64,000 bases of DNA from Bdellovibrionota bacterium (GCA_044235645.1 JBIIHQ010000007.1:34628-98627), one strand, 5' to 3'. Shown: positions 45,387 through 55,464, counted from the first letter of the stretch. A program made the numbers and translations. Notes: generated by a model from the letters alone, not told the origin.

Positions 45387-45662
45387 ATGAGTGGTCCTTA
45401 TTACCTTCCACCAATTACCCGTCAAGCCCTCTCCCGAAAGCAAAAACGGCTCAATGACTGGCGTGCCCTTCTTGAACAGGAGGAGGCTGGTTCCACGATT
45501 CGACAATCGTTCGCGATAACTCTTGAAAAATATCAGGCGATGATCTGGAAGACTTGGCAGGGAGGTAGCTGCTCTCCAGAAGATCGACTTACTCTTGCAT
45601 CTCTCGAGCGCGAGTTAGATAAGGTGGGTGAGCTCGTGAGACTTTCAGCCGCCCCTCGTTAG
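45387..45662 (+). CDS. Hypothetical protein
   Basis: 91-aa ORF filling the coaD-dsbD gap. No motif and no clear SD were recognised. Confidence 0.25.
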   Translation: MSGPYYLPPITRQALSRKQKRLNDWRALLEQEEAGSTIRQSFAITLEKYQAMIWKTWQGGSCSPEDRLTLASLERELDKVGELVRLSAAPR

Positions 45663-45782
45663 CATATTCGGAACCTTTCATCCAAAAGCCAGCACCCCGA
45701 GCCGTGACCTCGAAACAAGCTCTTGGAGCAAGTCCGAATAAGATTAGTTTTAAAACCCCCGCCTGCCCTCATTTAGCTCTCT

Positions 45783-47018
45783 GTGAACACGGCCCTTTTC
45801 TCCGATTCCTGGAATCTTGGAACGCTCGTCTCTGCGTATGTGGGAGGGGTTCTCTCCAGTCTTACTCCGTGCGTTTACCCCCTTATTCCGATAACTCTCT
45901 CGATAATCGGAGTCAGACGAACCGACTCTCGACTTCGCGCTTTTGGGCGCGCCGTCGCGTATGTTTTCGGTATGACGCTCACCTATACCGCACTCGGTGT
46001 TGTATCGGCTCGGGCAGGTCTTCTGTTCGGCGCGGTGTTTCAGCGCCCCATATTCGTCTTTCCTTTTGCCCTCATGTTGGTGCTCCTGGCGTGTAGCGAG
46101 CTCGATATTCTGACAATTCGCTTGTTTTCTGGACTTCAGCGAGCTGCATCACGACTAGGTGGTGGAAGTGGTATCCCAGCGGTAATCTTGATGGGAGGTG
46201 CGAGCGGTCTGGTAGCTGCCCCATGCATCGGCCCCGTTCTTGCGATGATCCTCGGGGTAGCCGCATCTTCAGGTAACGCTCTTTGGGGAGCAGCCCTTCT
46301 CTTTACGTACTCTCTCGGCATCGGCTCCCTCTTTCTGGTGCTAGCGATCTTTTCTCCACTGATCTCACAGTTACCCCGTTCGGGCCCCTGGCTCACCTTC
46401 ATCAAAATTACCCTCGCTATCGGACTCTTAACGGTGGCCCTCCTCTTCGTGCGGCCTTGGATGCCTTTTCCAGCTCCCTCTCCCGTCGTCGCCCTTAGTG
46501 TCGCCATTGGCTCATTGTTGCTAATTCGAGAGAGTTACCGCCAACATCATCGGGCCCTTCGATTCCTTGGTTCAGCGCTGGTAGCAGTAGTGATTTCAAC
46601 GTTCCTTTCCTCTCCGCTGCAGAGGGAGCCACAAAGTTATGGGCAGGAATCTCTTTCCTCCCTCAGTTGGTTTTACTCGCTCAGTGAGGGTTTAACCGAG
46701 GCTCGCCTCACGGGTAAACCACTACTTGTGGATTTTTTCGCCGATTGGTGTGCTGCCTGCAAACAAATTGATGAAGCGACCCTTTCTGACCCAGAAGTCC
46801 ACCGCGAGCTCGCCAATAATTGGGTGGTAACGAAAATTGATTTCACCGAAGAAACGGCGGAAAGTCTCGAGCTTCAGCGAAAATTCCAAATCCAGGGACT
46901 TCCTACCATCCTCTTCTTTGCTGCTAATAAAACGGAGCCTCATCCAAACCGCGTGCTTGAATTTGTACCGCCGACCCAGTTCTTGCAGATTTTGCACGGT
47001 GCGAGAACTAGTCCTTGA
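45783..47018 (+). CDS. DsbD/CcdA-type thiol:disulfide electron-transfer membrane protein with C-terminal thioredoxin domain
   Basis: 411 aa. The TM domain carries SSLTPCVYPLIP and VAAPCIGP motifs. The C-terminal Trx fold reads LVDFFADWCAACK. Confidence 0.8.
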   Translation: MNTALFSDSWNLGTLVSAYVGGVLSSLTPCVYPLIPITLSIIGVRRTDSRLRAFGRAVAYVFGMTLTYTALGVVSARAGLLFGAVFQRPIFVFPFALMLVLLACSELDILTIRLFSGLQRAASRLGGGSGIPAVILMGGASGLVAAPCIGPVLAMILGVAASSGNALWGAALLFTYSLGIGSLFLVLAIFSPLISQLPRSGPWLTFIKITLAIGLLTVALLFVRPWMPFPAPSPVVALSVAIGSLLLIRESYRQHHRALRFLGSALVAVVISTFLSSPLQREPQSYGQESLSSLSWFYSLSEGLTEARLTGKPLLVDFFADWCAACKQIDEATLSDPEVHRELANNWVVTKIDFTEETAESLELQRKFQIQGLPTILFFAANKTEPHPNRVLEFVPPTQFLQILHGARTSP

Positions 47019-47093
47019 AGAGTATGGGGCCTGCGTGGCATCTTAAAGCGAGCAGATATTCGCTCTCATTTATTCCCTCTATCAGCGGGGACG

Positions 47094-48620
47094 ATGGGAT
47101 TATTCTCTTTCGCTAACTCCTCACCTAGATTTGAGAAGGAGCCGTCCGTGGCCACTATCTCTTGCCCACCATACGACATTAACGAGGAAATTCTCCCCGA
47201 CCAACTTTTCTCAGCCACTGCTCCGTGCGGAGCCCTCGTAGAAATTCGGGTTGTTAAATTGGCTGCTGGGGGCTCCTCTCATTCAGGTGTCATCATTCAG
47301 CTACAGAGTTGGATCGACTCAATGCGCGAGACATCTCATCCGCACATCTCCCGGCTCATTGATGTCAAACAAGATGAACAAAACATCTTTCTCGTAACAG
47401 AGTCTTGCGAAGGGATCACCCTGCGCGAGTTGATCCAAAATCAACAAGAACTCGTGCATCCCCTCGTTGTTTATTACATGCAACAGGTCGCTTCGGGCTT
47501 GGATTATCTTCACAGTGTCGGTGTCCATCATCGTGATTTTAGCCTGCGGCGGGTCCTTATTGACCCGGGGGGCACTGCAAAAATCGTCGACGTCGGGCTT
47601 CCAGGAATTCTCCCTGAGGTCGTTACGCATGGGGGGCTTGAGGGTACCGAGCGTGGCTACATCTCTCCTGAAGAGCTTCAAGGCCAGGGGCCGAGCGCTC
47701 AGGCCGATCTCTTCCGATTCGCTGTCGCCTGCTTTGAATTAATCACAGGAGTCCTTCCCTTCACAGGAGACACGCCAACAACACTTCAAGCATCAATCCT
47801 CAGCAACTCGCGAACCCTCCCCGCAGTGCGGTCACGTGTCATGCCGGCCCATCTAAAAAAGGCCTTTGAACGCGCCCTCTCTCCCCAACCCGGGAAGCGA
47901 CCAAACTCCGCAGCTCAGTTAGTCAAGGCACTTACCTACACCGAGACATTTGCCACAGGTCGGGGCCTTGCCGACCTGATGTCTCACAACGCTCCCCCCG
48001 AAGCGCGAAAAAAGGCCAAGGCTCCCCAGTGGCTCGTCGCTGGTGGTCTTGGACTGCTGGTGGGTGTAACGCTCATCGCCGGGACGATTGGTCGCTCTTC
48101 CCCATCAATGATAGAGTCGAGTGCCGACAACCCGGCGCTCCCAGAAGTGGCGCTAGAAACCTCTCCCTTTTCGCCGGTAAGAGATCGTCAAACACCAGCA
48201 AAAAAAATCCTCAAACTTCTTCCAATAGCGCAAAAAGGCACCGGAGGTGAGCAGTCTCTCGTACCAGTCCTTCAATACTTGTTCTCAGAAACAGCTTCCA
48301 CACCAACCACTTCGGAGGAACAACAGCTTCTCAAGGCTCTTCTGGCTCACGACAACCCCAACATCCGACGCACCGTTGTGCAGATTATCGAGAGACGTGG
48401 GATAAAAGAGCTTACGGATCAGTTATTTCCCCTCCTCGATGATGATGATCCAGGCATCCGAAGCGTCGTCGTTCGAGCCCTTCGGTCAACTTTTGCACCT
48501 GTTTCAGTTAAACTTCTCGCTCTCAAGGCTGCCTCGGAATCGGTTCCTGCAATTCACGCCGATATTCTCGCGCTCGCCGAAGGCTACGCAGCGGAATTGG
48601 AGATGCAGAAGGGACAATGA
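47094..48620 (+). CDS. Ser/Thr protein-kinase-like protein with degenerate catalytic motifs, TM segment and HEAT-like repeats
   Basis: The kinase fold is recognisable (HPHISRLIDV, LDYLHSVGVHHRDFSLRRVLID, KIVDVGL, YISPEE, ADLFRFAV). A TM helix (WLVAGGLGLLVGVTLIAG) follows. The C-terminal repeats include DNPNIRRTVVQ and DDDPGIRSVVVRAL. Confidence 0.65.
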   Translation: MGLFSFANSSPRFEKEPSVATISCPPYDINEEILPDQLFSATAPCGALVEIRVVKLAAGGSSHSGVIIQLQSWIDSMRETSHPHISRLIDVKQDEQNIFLVTESCEGITLRELIQNQQELVHPLVVYYMQQVASGLDYLHSVGVHHRDFSLRRVLIDPGGTAKIVDVGLPGILPEVVTHGGLEGTERGYISPEELQGQGPSAQADLFRFAVACFELITGVLPFTGDTPTTLQASILSNSRTLPAVRSRVMPAHLKKAFERALSPQPGKRPNSAAQLVKALTYTETFATGRGLADLMSHNAPPEARKKAKAPQWLVAGGLGLLVGVTLIAGTIGRSSPSMIESSADNPALPEVALETSPFSPVRDRQTPAKKILKLLPIAQKGTGGEQSLVPVLQYLFSETASTPTTSEEQQLLKALLAHDNPNIRRTVVQIIERRGIKELTDQLFPLLDDDDPGIRSVVVRALRSTFAPVSVKLLALKAASESVPAIHADILALAEGYAAELEMQKGQ

Positions 48621-48630
48621 CAGTAGACCT

Positions 48631-49473
48631 ATGACCCGTCCACCTCGTCAAAGGAGATTTTCCACCGCGAGCCGCCGGGAGACTTCTCTCTCCAATCAAA
48701 GCGAAACGCTCCACCCTATCCGCTCGCTATTTTTTACCCTTGGCATCCAGATTGTTGCGAGAACTCTCCTGGGCAGTCTTGATAACCACACACTCGTGAC
48801 GGTCACTCATTTCGCTTTTGCACTGAGTCTCTCTCGACTCCTGTCGCTCTCTCGTCCATGGCAGCTGTGCAATATCCTTATTCCTGTAGGATTAAATCTC
48901 CAAACTGGCTCCCTTCTTCCTTTCATCGGATTCCTTATCAGCCTTATGATCTTCTGGCCGACCCTTCGCGAGCCGATACCTTTCTATCCTTCCCGACGAG
49001 CTGTCTTTCAACACCTTGCCACCATACTAAGTGCGGAGCGACCCCGAGATTTTGCGGATCTTGGCTCAGGAACCGGTTCCGTGCTCTTTGCTCTTGCACG
49101 GAGATTTCCTGAGATATCTTTTGTTGGATACGAGATCGGATATTTGCCACTCCTTCTCTCCCGGATTCGTTCGTTGTGGTACCCTCATGTGACTATTATT
49201 AACCGCTCCATCTGGGACATACATCTCGGGACGCATTCGTGTGTTTATGCATTCTTATCTCCTACCCCCATGGCTCGCCTTGAAGAAAAGCTTGCCGAGG
49301 AGCTTCCGAAAGGTTGTATATTCTTAAGTAACTCCTTTCCACTTCCCCTCACAGAGGCACGCACATTCATCGAAATTGGGGGACAATCGCTTTTCGTCTA
49401 TCGTTCTGATGACATTGGAGTGAAAAGCCAAAAGAGCTCCTGGTATGGGTTGTCATCTGCTTCGCGGATGTAG
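48631..49473 (+). CDS. Class I SAM-dependent methyltransferase with N-terminal membrane segments
   Basis: ORF 48439..49473 trimmed to ATG 48631, 11 nt after the kinase stop. The SAM motif I is FADLGSGTGSVLFALA, followed by VGYEI. Confidence 0.65.
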   Translation: MTRPPRQRRFSTASRRETSLSNQSETLHPIRSLFFTLGIQIVARTLLGSLDNHTLVTVTHFAFALSLSRLLSLSRPWQLCNILIPVGLNLQTGSLLPFIGFLISLMIFWPTLREPIPFYPSRRAVFQHLATILSAERPRDFADLGSGTGSVLFALARRFPEISFVGYEIGYLPLLLSRIRSLWYPHVTIINRSIWDIHLGTHSCVYAFLSPTPMARLEEKLAEELPKGCIFLSNSFPLPLTEARTFIEIGGQSLFVYRSDDIGVKSQKSSWYGLSSASRM

Positions 49474-49507
49474 GCCTTCAAAGTAGCGCGAACCATCAAG
49501 AGATCAC

Positions 49508-49882
49508 ATGGGAAACCATCTTTTCCCTTCTGCTCGTTACTACATTTCAGCTGGAGCAGTGCTCTGCGGGGTCCTATTTTTACTTTTAGTCATACTTCGG
49601 GTGACGCCAGCGTGGGCCATCCTTGGTGCGTTGAACACTTCTTCCCTGGTACTCTGTGGTGTGGATAAATCGCTTGCACGGGGAGGGAAAATGCGTGTAC
49701 CCGAAAACCTCCTTCTTGGATTTGCCCTGGCCGGAGGAAGTATTGGCCTCCTGTTAGGCATGATCATGTGGCGACACAAAACACGAAAGCGCCCCTTTAT
49801 TATTGGCCTTGCTATCATTCTGGTAGCTCAGTTGATTCTCTTCGCGGCCCTTCCCTCGATCTCTGGGAACCCATCCTCCTAA
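49508..49882 (+). CDS. DUF1294-family small membrane protein
   Basis: 124 aa. CGVDKSLARGGKMRVPENLLLGFALAGGSIGLLLGMIMWRHKTRK matches the DUF1294 signature. Confidence 0.7.
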   Translation: MGNHLFPSARYYISAGAVLCGVLFLLLVILRVTPAWAILGALNTSSLVLCGVDKSLARGGKMRVPENLLLGFALAGGSIGLLLGMIMWRHKTRKRPFIIGLAIILVAQLILFAALPSISGNPSS

Positions 49883-50727
49883 TCGTGCCCATTCACATTA
49901 TCCGCCCAAACCTCTATAAACACACCCGCGGTGTTCGCGGCGTGCACGATGGCATCAGGCTTTAAGAGCAGAGCCCTTCTTTCCTCTAGAACAATTCCGG
50001 CAGCCCGGGCTGATCGGAGAGCTGTGATCGTCCCTTCCCCGACAGCAGGAAGATCAAGTCGGAGGTCCTGCTGGGGCTTTGCCCTCTTAACAACGACAAC
50101 GCCGGCTCCCGCAAGACGACCCGCCCGCTCGATTGTGGCATCAGTTCCTTCAATCCCCTCTACTGCGACAACTACCCCATCCTTCACGCACACCGTTTGG
50201 CCGATATCGAGAGTCCCTACCACCGCCGCGGCGTGCCACCCCAATTCAGCACTTCGCCTCTCATGACCCGTCATCCCACGGCGGGTGAGGCAGCCCCGAC
50301 CGGGGAGGCTATCGGCCAAAAGCTCCTCAGCTCCGATAACTGACATCCCCTCGCGGGCCAACTCGTCAGCGATACCTCGCAGAATCTCATCATCACGAAC
50401 CGACCCCACTCGAGCGATAACCCGCATAGCACGCCAATCGGGACGAGCTCCCTGGAATATCCCCACTCGACGGATGCCTCCAGAACACACTACCGACGCG
50501 ACTCGATGACACCGAAAAAATTTGATAATCGTGCCGAGCTGGCCAACGCGCACCCACCGAACCGGAACTCCTCTTTTTTCAACAGCAATGTCGGTTTCGT
50601 CTCGGTGCGCTACCACCACAACAGACATACCTCTCCGAATTGCTTCGTCTAAACATTCAAGAGGAAACTGCCCATTCCCCGCGATAATGCCGAGTGCTGA
50701 TGGAACCTGAGTCGGGATGTCGGTCAT
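49879..50727 (-). CDS. lpxI: UDP-2,3-diacylglucosamine pyrophosphatase LpxI (DUF1009 family)
   Basis: The ORF runs to 50799; ATG 50727 is preferred. Motifs are LGIIAGNGQFP and LDIGQTVCVKDGVVVAVEGIEGTDATIERAG, with the C-terminus RLDLPAVGEGTI. The stop overlaps the convergent DUF1294 stop (CTAA). Confidence 0.85.
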   Translation of the reverse strand: MTDIPTQVPSALGIIAGNGQFPLECLDEAIRRGMSVVVVAHRDETDIAVEKRGVPVRWVRVGQLGTIIKFFRCHRVASVVCSGGIRRVGIFQGARPDWRAMRVIARVGSVRDDEILRGIADELAREGMSVIGAEELLADSLPGRGCLTRRGMTGHERRSAELGWHAAAVVGTLDIGQTVCVKDGVVVAVEGIEGTDATIERAGRLAGAGVVVVKRAKPQQDLRLDLPAVGEGTITALRSARAAGIVLEERRALLLKPDAIVHAANTAGVFIEVWADNVNGHD

Positions 50728-50779
50728 AGTTACCCGTGACGAGCTGCATACCCCACTACACAACCTCTTTGACCTTTCT

Positions 50780-51616
50780 CTAGCCCTCATCCCCACCACG
50801 AGACCTCATGAGGCACACCCCCCGCTCCGAGGATCTGACGAACCCAATAAGGAGCCTCACAAGCTCCCCATAGGATTCACCCATTCCCACCGATTCGAGC
50901 CTTTCTTGCCACGTCCCAGCTCCCAAAAAAAGCTTTCGAAATACTGACCGAGCTTCCGCGATCTGAGCATCCGAAAATCCAGCTCTCTCGAGACCTATTT
51001 TATTGATTCCTGCCAGCCCCGCACGGTCCCCTTGGGCGATCGCGAACGGAGGCACATCCTTCGCTACCATAGCTCCCGCCCCGATCATCGCGTAATCACC
51101 GATGCGGACAAACTGATGCACCCCCACCATGCCACCCACGGTCACTCGATTTCCAACCGACACATGCCCTGCTATAGCCGCAGAGTTCGCAAAAACACAC
51201 CCGCTCCCCACCCGTACGTCGTGAGCAATGTGAGCGGTCGACATAAAGAGGTTGTTGTCCCCGATTGAGGTGACCATACCACCTCCCTGGGTACCCGGCT
51301 GGAGCGTCACGTACTCCCTCATGATGTTACCATCCCCGATACTCAGCCTACTGGGCTCTCCACGATATTTGAGGTCCTGGGGAGGCGCTCCTATTGAGGC
51401 AAACTGAAATATTCGGTTATTGTCCCCGAGGGTTGTATGTCCATCTATCACCACGTGGGAACCGACCGTGCAATCGCACCCGATCACCACATCCGGCCCT
51501 ATCACCGAAAAAGGCCCTATCGTGGTCCCTTTACCAATCCGAGCTCCATCGGATACCACTGCCATCGGATGAATCGAGACCCCCTCGACGGAGACCACGT
51601 TACTTTGAGGACTCAT
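50780..51616 (-). CDS. lpxA: Acyl-ACP--UDP-N-acetylglucosamine O-acyltransferase
   Basis: 278 aa with hexapeptide repeats throughout and an IGAPPQDLKYRGE motif. Its position after fabZ fits lpxA. Confidence 0.93.
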   Translation of the reverse strand: MSPQSNVVSVEGVSIHPMAVVSDGARIGKGTTIGPFSVIGPDVVIGCDCTVGSHVVIDGHTTLGDNNRIFQFASIGAPPQDLKYRGEPSRLSIGDGNIMREYVTLQPGTQGGGMVTSIGDNNLFMSTAHIAHDVRVGSGCVFANSAAIAGHVSVGNRVTVGGMVGVHQFVRIGDYAMIGAGAMVAKDVPPFAIAQGDRAGLAGINKIGLERAGFSDAQIAEARSVFRKLFLGAGTWQERLESVGMGESYGELVRLLIGFVRSSERGVCLMRSRGGDEG

Positions 51617-51625
51617 GATCTTTTC

Positions 51626-52072
51626 CTAATCCGATTCAGCAGCACTAACCGTTCCCGACGCAACGAGCACCCCGTCAACAGTTACCTCACCGTGCATCAC
51701 CCACAGTGGACGCCTTTTTTTAACGGAACGAACATGGATACGAAGGACATCCCCAGGCACGACCTGTTTCTTGAACTTCACGTCCTGAGCTCCAACTAAA
51801 AACACCGTCTTTCCAGGTGCGATGCCATCCGAAGATATCTTCGCCAGAACAGCAGCGGTCTGGGCTATCGCCTCGATAATTAAAACCCCAGGCATGACCG
51901 GCCGACCTGGAAAATGCCCCTGAAAAAATGGCTCGTTCGCCGTTACCGCCTTAAGACCAACCGCCTCAACATTGTCCACAAACTCTGTAACCCTATCGAG
52001 CAGTAAAAACGGATACCGATGAGGCAAGCATTCCTGAATCTGCCGAACGTCAAGCACTACCTTTTCTGCCAC
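51626..52072 (-). CDS. fabZ: 3-hydroxyacyl-ACP dehydratase
   Basis: 148 aa. Motifs are LPHRYPFLLLDRV and GHFPGRPVMPGVLIIEAIAQ. Confidence 0.95.
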   Translation of the reverse strand: MAEKVVLDVRQIQECLPHRYPFLLLDRVTEFVDNVEAVGLKAVTANEPFFQGHFPGRPVMPGVLIIEAIAQTAAVLAKISSDGIAPGKTVFLVGAQDVKFKKQVVPGDVLRIHVRSVKKRRPLWVMHGEVTVDGVLVASGTVSAAESD

Positions 52073-52202
52073 CTTACTTAGCCCCCTACCTTTCCCAAAA
52101 ACTACTAATCCAAACTGTCTACAATACCGTCATACCCTCGCAATCGCGCTATAAGTCCGTAACGCCACCTTTTGGGACATTAGCCACTCCCTCTCGGGTT
52201 AC

Positions 52203-52763
52203 CTAACTCCGTTCATCGAGCTTGGCGACAACAACATCCGAGATATCGATCCCTTTGTCATAATAAAGGACAAGCTGAGGGTTGGCATCGAGGATGACAC
52301 CGTACTTACCAGATGCCCCGAGCTCCTTGATGATCCCATCAATTTTACCAACAACTTTCCCCACTTCAGATCGATTCTTACGAGCGATTGCATCCCTCTG
52401 ATCTTCGAGGGCAACACGGAGTGCCCGCTCTTTTTTTCGAAGTTCCCCCTGCTTCTCCTCGAGAGCAGCCCCGGATAGAAGCTCGGCCTGTTTCTGCATG
52501 CTCTTTTCGAGCGATTCGAACTCCCCTTTGAGTGCCGCGACTCGACTCTCTCCCCGTTTCACCTCGGCCTCGACTTCTTGACGTGCCCGCTGACCTGCCT
52601 TTGATGAAGTGATAACCTTCTGCACGTCAACCACCGAAATTTGCTGTTCCGCAAAAGCGACTCCCGAAAATAAGACCACGCTCCCCCACATGGCAGCCGC
52701 TACCACCCGCAACGCCACCCTTCCGCACCGAGCTTCTTTACCCATGAATCCCCTTTTTGTCAC
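52203..52763 (-). CDS. skp: OmpH/Skp-family periplasmic chaperone
   Basis: 186 aa with a signal peptide and a coiled-coil Lys/Glu-rich body. It lies directly downstream of bamA. Confidence 0.8.
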   Translation of the reverse strand: MTKRGFMGKEARCGRVALRVVAAAMWGSVVLFSGVAFAEQQISVVDVQKVITSSKAGQRARQEVEAEVKRGESRVAALKGEFESLEKSMQKQAELLSGAALEEKQGELRKKERALRVALEDQRDAIARKNRSEVGKVVGKIDGIIKELGASGKYGVILDANPQLVLYYDKGIDISDVVVAKLDERS

Positions 52764-52878
52764 TCAATCCGAGTGGCCACACACACCACGGCCCCCCCTC
52801 TCTCGAACGCCGAGACGATACCAAACTGCGTCCCTCCAGCGCAATCCCACCTCCCCCTCGTTTCGGTCACCCGCAGCC

Positions 52879-55287
52879 TTAGAGTGGAGCTCCGAAGCTA
52901 AATAGGGTCACCATCCCACGCTCCCCTGGTCGCCGATCTCCCGGGAAACCGAACTCTATTCGGATGGGACCCATCGGCGATGCCCAGCGGATCCCCCCTC
53001 CGTATGCCCGGCGCAACGCTGAGAGTTCGATCGAGGCATCATCATCAAACGCCTCCCCCACATCGTAGAAAACGACCCCGTTAATCCCTGCAGCTTGAAT
53101 AAGAGGAACAATAAGCTCGACGTTATTGATAAGCTCCTTACTTCCCCCGTACTGACGGCCCTGGTCGTCTCGGGGGCCAAGCGTTCGGTTACGATAACCG
53201 CGGACCGAAGTTATTCCCCCCGGAAAAAATCTCTTAAAGAGCGGAAATCGGTCATCGGTGAGAGATTCCCCATAATCAAGACGGGTCCGCATCGAGAAGA
53301 TCACTGGCCCATTCGAGAGCGCGAAGAGGGGCCGGTACCAGCTATTTGCGGCGGTCACAAGATAATACTCTTGCTCTCCTCCTAATCCAGCGAATTCGAC
53401 TCCGAACAACTGCCTGACTCCCTTCGTCGGGTTGAGCGGGTTGTCTATTGTATTTCTGATGATCTGGGGCGTGAATGCTGAAATCGTCGATTTTCCCTCC
53501 GATTCGATGACGATAGGAGATGCATTTGCCTCCTGCACGTTAAGAATCTCGACTGACATAAAGTCGTATCGAAGACTTCCATTGATATCCTGCGCCCACG
53601 AACCGAGGAGTGGCTCGAGGGGATAGCCCCACGTAGTCCCAACCCCAGTGGCAGCTCGGCTGAAGTCGATGAGCTCGCGGGTCGCATGCTGCAGATCGAC
53701 CCCGGCAGAGAGCAAGGAGTCATTAAGTCGGGGATCAGTAAACGAAAGAACCGCATTATTTCGCAAACTTCCCACGTCAACATTGAGTGCCACCTGCCTC
53801 CCCGTACCGAAAAGATTATTTTCGGAAATATTGGAGTTAAAAATAGCCCCGTCTGTCGTTGAAAATCCGGCCCCCGCTGAGAACGCCCCGGTTGAAGCCT
53901 CCCGAACATTCAGGGTGAGGTCAACTTGATCGGACCGGCCAGGAACCGGGTCAGTTCCTATCGTCACCTCCTCAAAATAACCGAGCCGCCGGAGCAAGGT
54001 CTCGGTACGTCGCAGCTTCGAGGAGGAGTAGATCCCACCCTCTGGTATCTTCACATCACGACGAATCACATTATCATAGGTTTTGGAGTTGCCCTTTATC
54101 GTCACCCGACGGACCGACACCTCTTCACCTTTCGCGATGGAGTAGTCGATTCCAACCGTCTTGTCGTTCCGGTTCACATTGGTGCGGGGTACCACGTTCA
54201 CAAATGCGAATCCGACATCCGAAAATTTGTCACTGATATCAAATGCATCTTTTCTCGCCTCCGACGCATTGAATACGTCACCTGTCGAGAGGGATATCCC
54301 CGAGAGGGTTTCCGACAAACTACCATTCACAAGATCGCCAGATGCTGATATCGGACCAACCCGATACTGACCCCCTTCGTTGACATCGAACGTCACCACC
54401 AAGTGATCATCAACCCTCTCGATCGCAGGGTCACTCACCGTGCCATCGATGAGTCCATGATCAAGAAGCTGCTGAGTAACGATCGATTTATCTGTCTGAA
54501 GCTGCTCCTGATTGAGCCGTCCGGTCCCCAATAGCCATGAGTTCCACCACTTGTACCGCTTCGTTTCGATTTTCGATCGAAGGTCATCACCATCGAGCTC
54601 CTTCAACCCCCGGAACCGGATCTCCTGAATCCTGAATCGACTCCCCTCCGATACCGTGAAAGTAACATCCGATTGATCAGGCGAAATTGAGGTCACCGCG
54701 TAATCAACCGTTGCGTCGTAGAAGCCCTTATTCTGATAATATTGAACGGCTGCTCGCGCCATCCCATCGAGCCGAGCCCTATCAAGGAAGCGGCGAGTGC
54801 CGAGGCTGAAGACCCCCGAAAGGTCACTCTCTTTGATCTCCTTGTTGCCGGTCACAAATATCTTGCGGATAACCGGTTTCTCCGTGACCTCGTACACGAC
54901 AGTCGCATGAGCGTCCCCCCCTTCTACGCGGACAGAAACTCGGTCAAAAAAGCCGGTCCGATAAAGGGTTTTTACATCTTCTGATAGCTCGTCGGGGGAT
55001 ACCGCTCCCTTCGTATGCTTGAGCTGGGAAACGATAGCCACCTCCGCGATTCGACGGGCTCCGGAAACGGTCACTTTGTGCACATCGAGGGACTTTACCT
55101 CCCCCCACGCCCCCGACCCTGAAAAAGCCATCCCTCCGAGAACCCCCAGGATTGTTGTCATCCTTCGGAGTGCCTCACCTGGAGTGGGGGCCCTCCCTCG
55201 AGGCGAGCTAGAACTGAGAGCCTCTCGAGAATATTGGTTTCTTGTCTGACCGACGAGCAGACAACATTCGAAAAAAGGTAATCGCAT
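52879..55287 (-). CDS. bamA: Outer-membrane protein assembly factor BamA
   Basis: 802 aa, with a possible start at ATG 55161. POTRA repeats (e.g. IRFRGLKEL, RVTIKGNSKT) and a C-terminal beta-barrel ending ...GMVTLFSFGAPL are present. Confidence 0.93.
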   Translation of the reverse strand: MRLPFFECCLLVGQTRNQYSREALSSSSPRGRAPTPGEALRRMTTILGVLGGMAFSGSGAWGEVKSLDVHKVTVSGARRIAEVAIVSQLKHTKGAVSPDELSEDVKTLYRTGFFDRVSVRVEGGDAHATVVYEVTEKPVIRKIFVTGNKEIKESDLSGVFSLGTRRFLDRARLDGMARAAVQYYQNKGFYDATVDYAVTSISPDQSDVTFTVSEGSRFRIQEIRFRGLKELDGDDLRSKIETKRYKWWNSWLLGTGRLNQEQLQTDKSIVTQQLLDHGLIDGTVSDPAIERVDDHLVVTFDVNEGGQYRVGPISASGDLVNGSLSETLSGISLSTGDVFNASEARKDAFDISDKFSDVGFAFVNVVPRTNVNRNDKTVGIDYSIAKGEEVSVRRVTIKGNSKTYDNVIRRDVKIPEGGIYSSSKLRRTETLLRRLGYFEEVTIGTDPVPGRSDQVDLTLNVREASTGAFSAGAGFSTTDGAIFNSNISENNLFGTGRQVALNVDVGSLRNNAVLSFTDPRLNDSLLSAGVDLQHATRELIDFSRAATGVGTTWGYPLEPLLGSWAQDINGSLRYDFMSVEILNVQEANASPIVIESEGKSTISAFTPQIIRNTIDNPLNPTKGVRQLFGVEFAGLGGEQEYYLVTAANSWYRPLFALSNGPVIFSMRTRLDYGESLTDDRFPLFKRFFPGGITSVRGYRNRTLGPRDDQGRQYGGSKELINNVELIVPLIQAAGINGVVFYDVGEAFDDDASIELSALRRAYGGGIRWASPMGPIRIEFGFPGDRRPGERGMVTLFSFGAPL

Positions 55288-55464
55288 AAGGTAGCTATCC
55301 TCTAGTGTTCATAACGACCCTGGCATGGTTGCCCCTCACCCTCCCCCTGTCAAGATAGCCTCGCCAAACCGAAGATCGATTTCGGGATTTTTCTCGAGTG
55401 GGGCCTCTCTCCCCCTTTTCACAAAAATGAATTATTTTGGCGTGCGACAACTGAACCAAAAGGC

